Shown piece by piece: positions 61,756 to 64,000 of a stretch of DNA of 64,000 bases. The stretch's first letter is position 1. Each line of letters begins with the position of its first letter. The position numbers and the translations under genes were made by a program. The notes below the pieces were generated by a model. It was not told the origin of the DNA. It made no database searches and saw nothing but the letters and a program-made list of their open reading frames with translations. Source of the stretch: Octopus sinensis (lineage: Eukaryota); contig NC_042997.1 of assembly GCF_006345805.1 (NCBI RefSeq), forward strand, positions 166,594,001 to 166,658,000, in the 5' to 3' direction.

Positions 61756-64000
61756 GAGAGAGAGAAAGGACTTCTATTGTCAACAAAGGTAATGGTTCTT
61801 TGAATGTTCCTTATCCTATTCATATTCTAGTAACTATATTTTCAAAACATCCTCCTCTACTTCTAATTAGTTGTCTGGGTAACAGAAACTATCTATTACT
61901 TCCAGACAACCTACTAGGCATTTAAGAAAATCTCTTTTCAACTGTTTTGTTACTAATTCAACTCTGGCTCTGTAGTACAAATGTTTTGTTTTCATAAGTT
62001 TCGAATTAAAATCTCCCACCAAACCTTAGTCACAATTTAGGTTCCTAACACTAGCTTAATGATAACTAAGTTACTTTACTAAATTCTTTGTTATATTTAA
62101 AATAATTGAAAGAAACAGAGCATCTCAAAATAAATATGGTAATGAAAGGGTTAACGTGTCCTTAGTGTTTATTGCTCCTGCTTATCTTCCACATACAAAA
62201 ACTACTTTCTCTGTTAGTCTTCCAGTGATTCCACTGCACTTCTTGTGTGCCCATAGCTTGCACTGGGTATACTGTATGGAATTCCTGCCTACACCTTTCC
62301 TACATATCAAGTAAAGTTATGTACTAGAAGGGAGTACAATCCTGTTTGTTTTCCTGCTAACTAGAACTTTGATCTTTACAAAGTTAACATTAATCTCCTT
62401 TGATTCAAGGTTTTGCTTCCATGCCTGAAATTGCTTTCCTTATTCTACTACAGGTTCTACTATAAGACTAAGGCTATCAACAAGAGCAGCTTGTCTTAAA
62501 TTCCTCTCTTATGGCATGAAAGACAATGGTGAATAGAAGGGAAATTCTTTTATTGGTCCTGTCATTTTTATATATGGTTTTACAGCTACAATATACTTTC
62601 TGCCATTAGCCTCCTCAACCAAATAATTCACTTTCCTCAACACTAGCATCAATGGATTTCAATCCAACATTGATCTTAATTACTACTGATACCCATTTTA
62701 TTGTTTACTTCAAGAAGGGAGCCTCATGTGATTGTTCAACTGACCAGAAATAGCAATCAAATCTCCCTCAAATAAAATTGGAGCATTACTATTTCTGAAA
62801 AAGGAGAAGGAATGGCCAAGGACTGCTTACCTCTGACCCTACACCTGATCTACAAGGGCCAACCTAAGATTGAATAACAGCAACGGCCATACTGCTGCCA
62901 CCAATTATACATTTCTGAAATGCTGATATTTGATCTTTTATCTCTAATCCATCCTACAAAAAATTCTGCTCCTCCGAAATAGCAAATAGTGTACTAAAGC
63001 AGAATCAGAATCAATGTTTCCTCCTTTCATCCCTCACCCTTACTTTGTCTCACCCCTACTACAAACACTGCACTAAATATTATTTCACATATCGGATCGT
63101 AGAGTGACCCGCTGTTCTTGAGGAGATCTACTGAGTCAAGTACGTCAACATCAAAATAAAAATCAAATGGAAATTGTAGTTAAGACACCCATGCCAGTGG
63201 CACGTAAAAAGCACCGTCAGATCGTGGCAGATGCCAGATAAAAGTCAAATGGAAATCATAGTTAAGACACCCGTGCCGGTGACATGTAAAAAGCACCGTC
63301 TGAACATGGCAGATGCCAGTGCCGCCTAACCGGCGTCCATGTCGGTGACACGTGAAAGCACCAACCGATCATGGCCGTTTGCCAGCATGCACTGGCCCCT
63401 GTGCCAGTGGCACGTAAAAAACACCCACTACACTGACAGAGTGGTTGGCATTAGGAAGGGCATCCAGTTGTAGAAACACTGCTAAATCAGACTAGAGCCT
63501 GGTGCAGCCTCCATGGCTTACCAGACCCCAGTCGAACCATCCAACCCATGCAAGCATGGAAAACGGATGATGATGATATATTTCGACTTCACTCTACTTT
63601 TCTCACTGGGATAACAATAACAAATATTTTCAGTTACTCTGAATCAAGGTCTCTAAGTTAAATCTGCTGTCTCTGTAGTTTGCCAAACTCCTTCAGCTGC
63701 TTGCAACTATTTATCTGTACTTTGTGAATAAATATCTGAAGTCAACATCCCCAGTGACTACAACATACACAACTTCTCTCACATGGACAACACTGGTGCA
63801 GAGTATCCTCACCTATCCACATCACTGGCACACAACCTTTTCTAATTATTATTGATCTCTTTCCTTCTTTAAACCCAGTTTTACCAAGCCAATACACCAA
63901 TTAGATTATCTGAGCAGAGCCCAATAAAAGTAAGCCATTCACTGCCATTTACAGCAAAAAATCTGACCCCAAACCCTCTTGCATTTCAAGTTAAGTTAAC

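Overview
AT-rich, microsatellite- and transposon-dense eukaryotic genomic DNA. The SINE and repeat families look like those of an octopus (coleoid cephalopod); that assignment is inferred, not database-checked. Two convergent intron-containing genes can be assembled by hand with GT-AG junctions and consistent phases. (1) A + strand single-pass membrane protein: Sushi/CCP exon 5063-5351, transmembrane exon 6566-6656, probable cytoplasmic-tail exon 26231-26666 ending -SSV; its 5' exons are unresolved. (2) The - strand vacuolar fusion gene MON1 (Rab7 GEF subunit): six exons from 59703 down to the stop at 40680; its 5' end was not identified. The rest is mostly mobile DNA: tRNA-derived SINEs with TSDs; RTE, CR1/L2, R4/Dong-type and L1/Tx1-type LINE fragments; four Helitron derivatives; several MITE families; and a ~3.2 kb higher-order tandem array grown from an RTE 3' UTR. 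The most striking structure is a ~4.2 kb foldback at 8208-12405 inside the long intron of the Sushi gene. It has two near-identical ~1.93 kb inverted arms around a Penelope-like GIY-YIG endonuclease remnant, and each arm carries a type I hammerhead ribozyme motif near its outer end. Smaller palindromes and degenerate minimal hammerhead-like motifs elsewhere suggest the same retroelement/ribozyme process at several scales. Almost all other ORFs in the supplied track are microsatellite artefacts.
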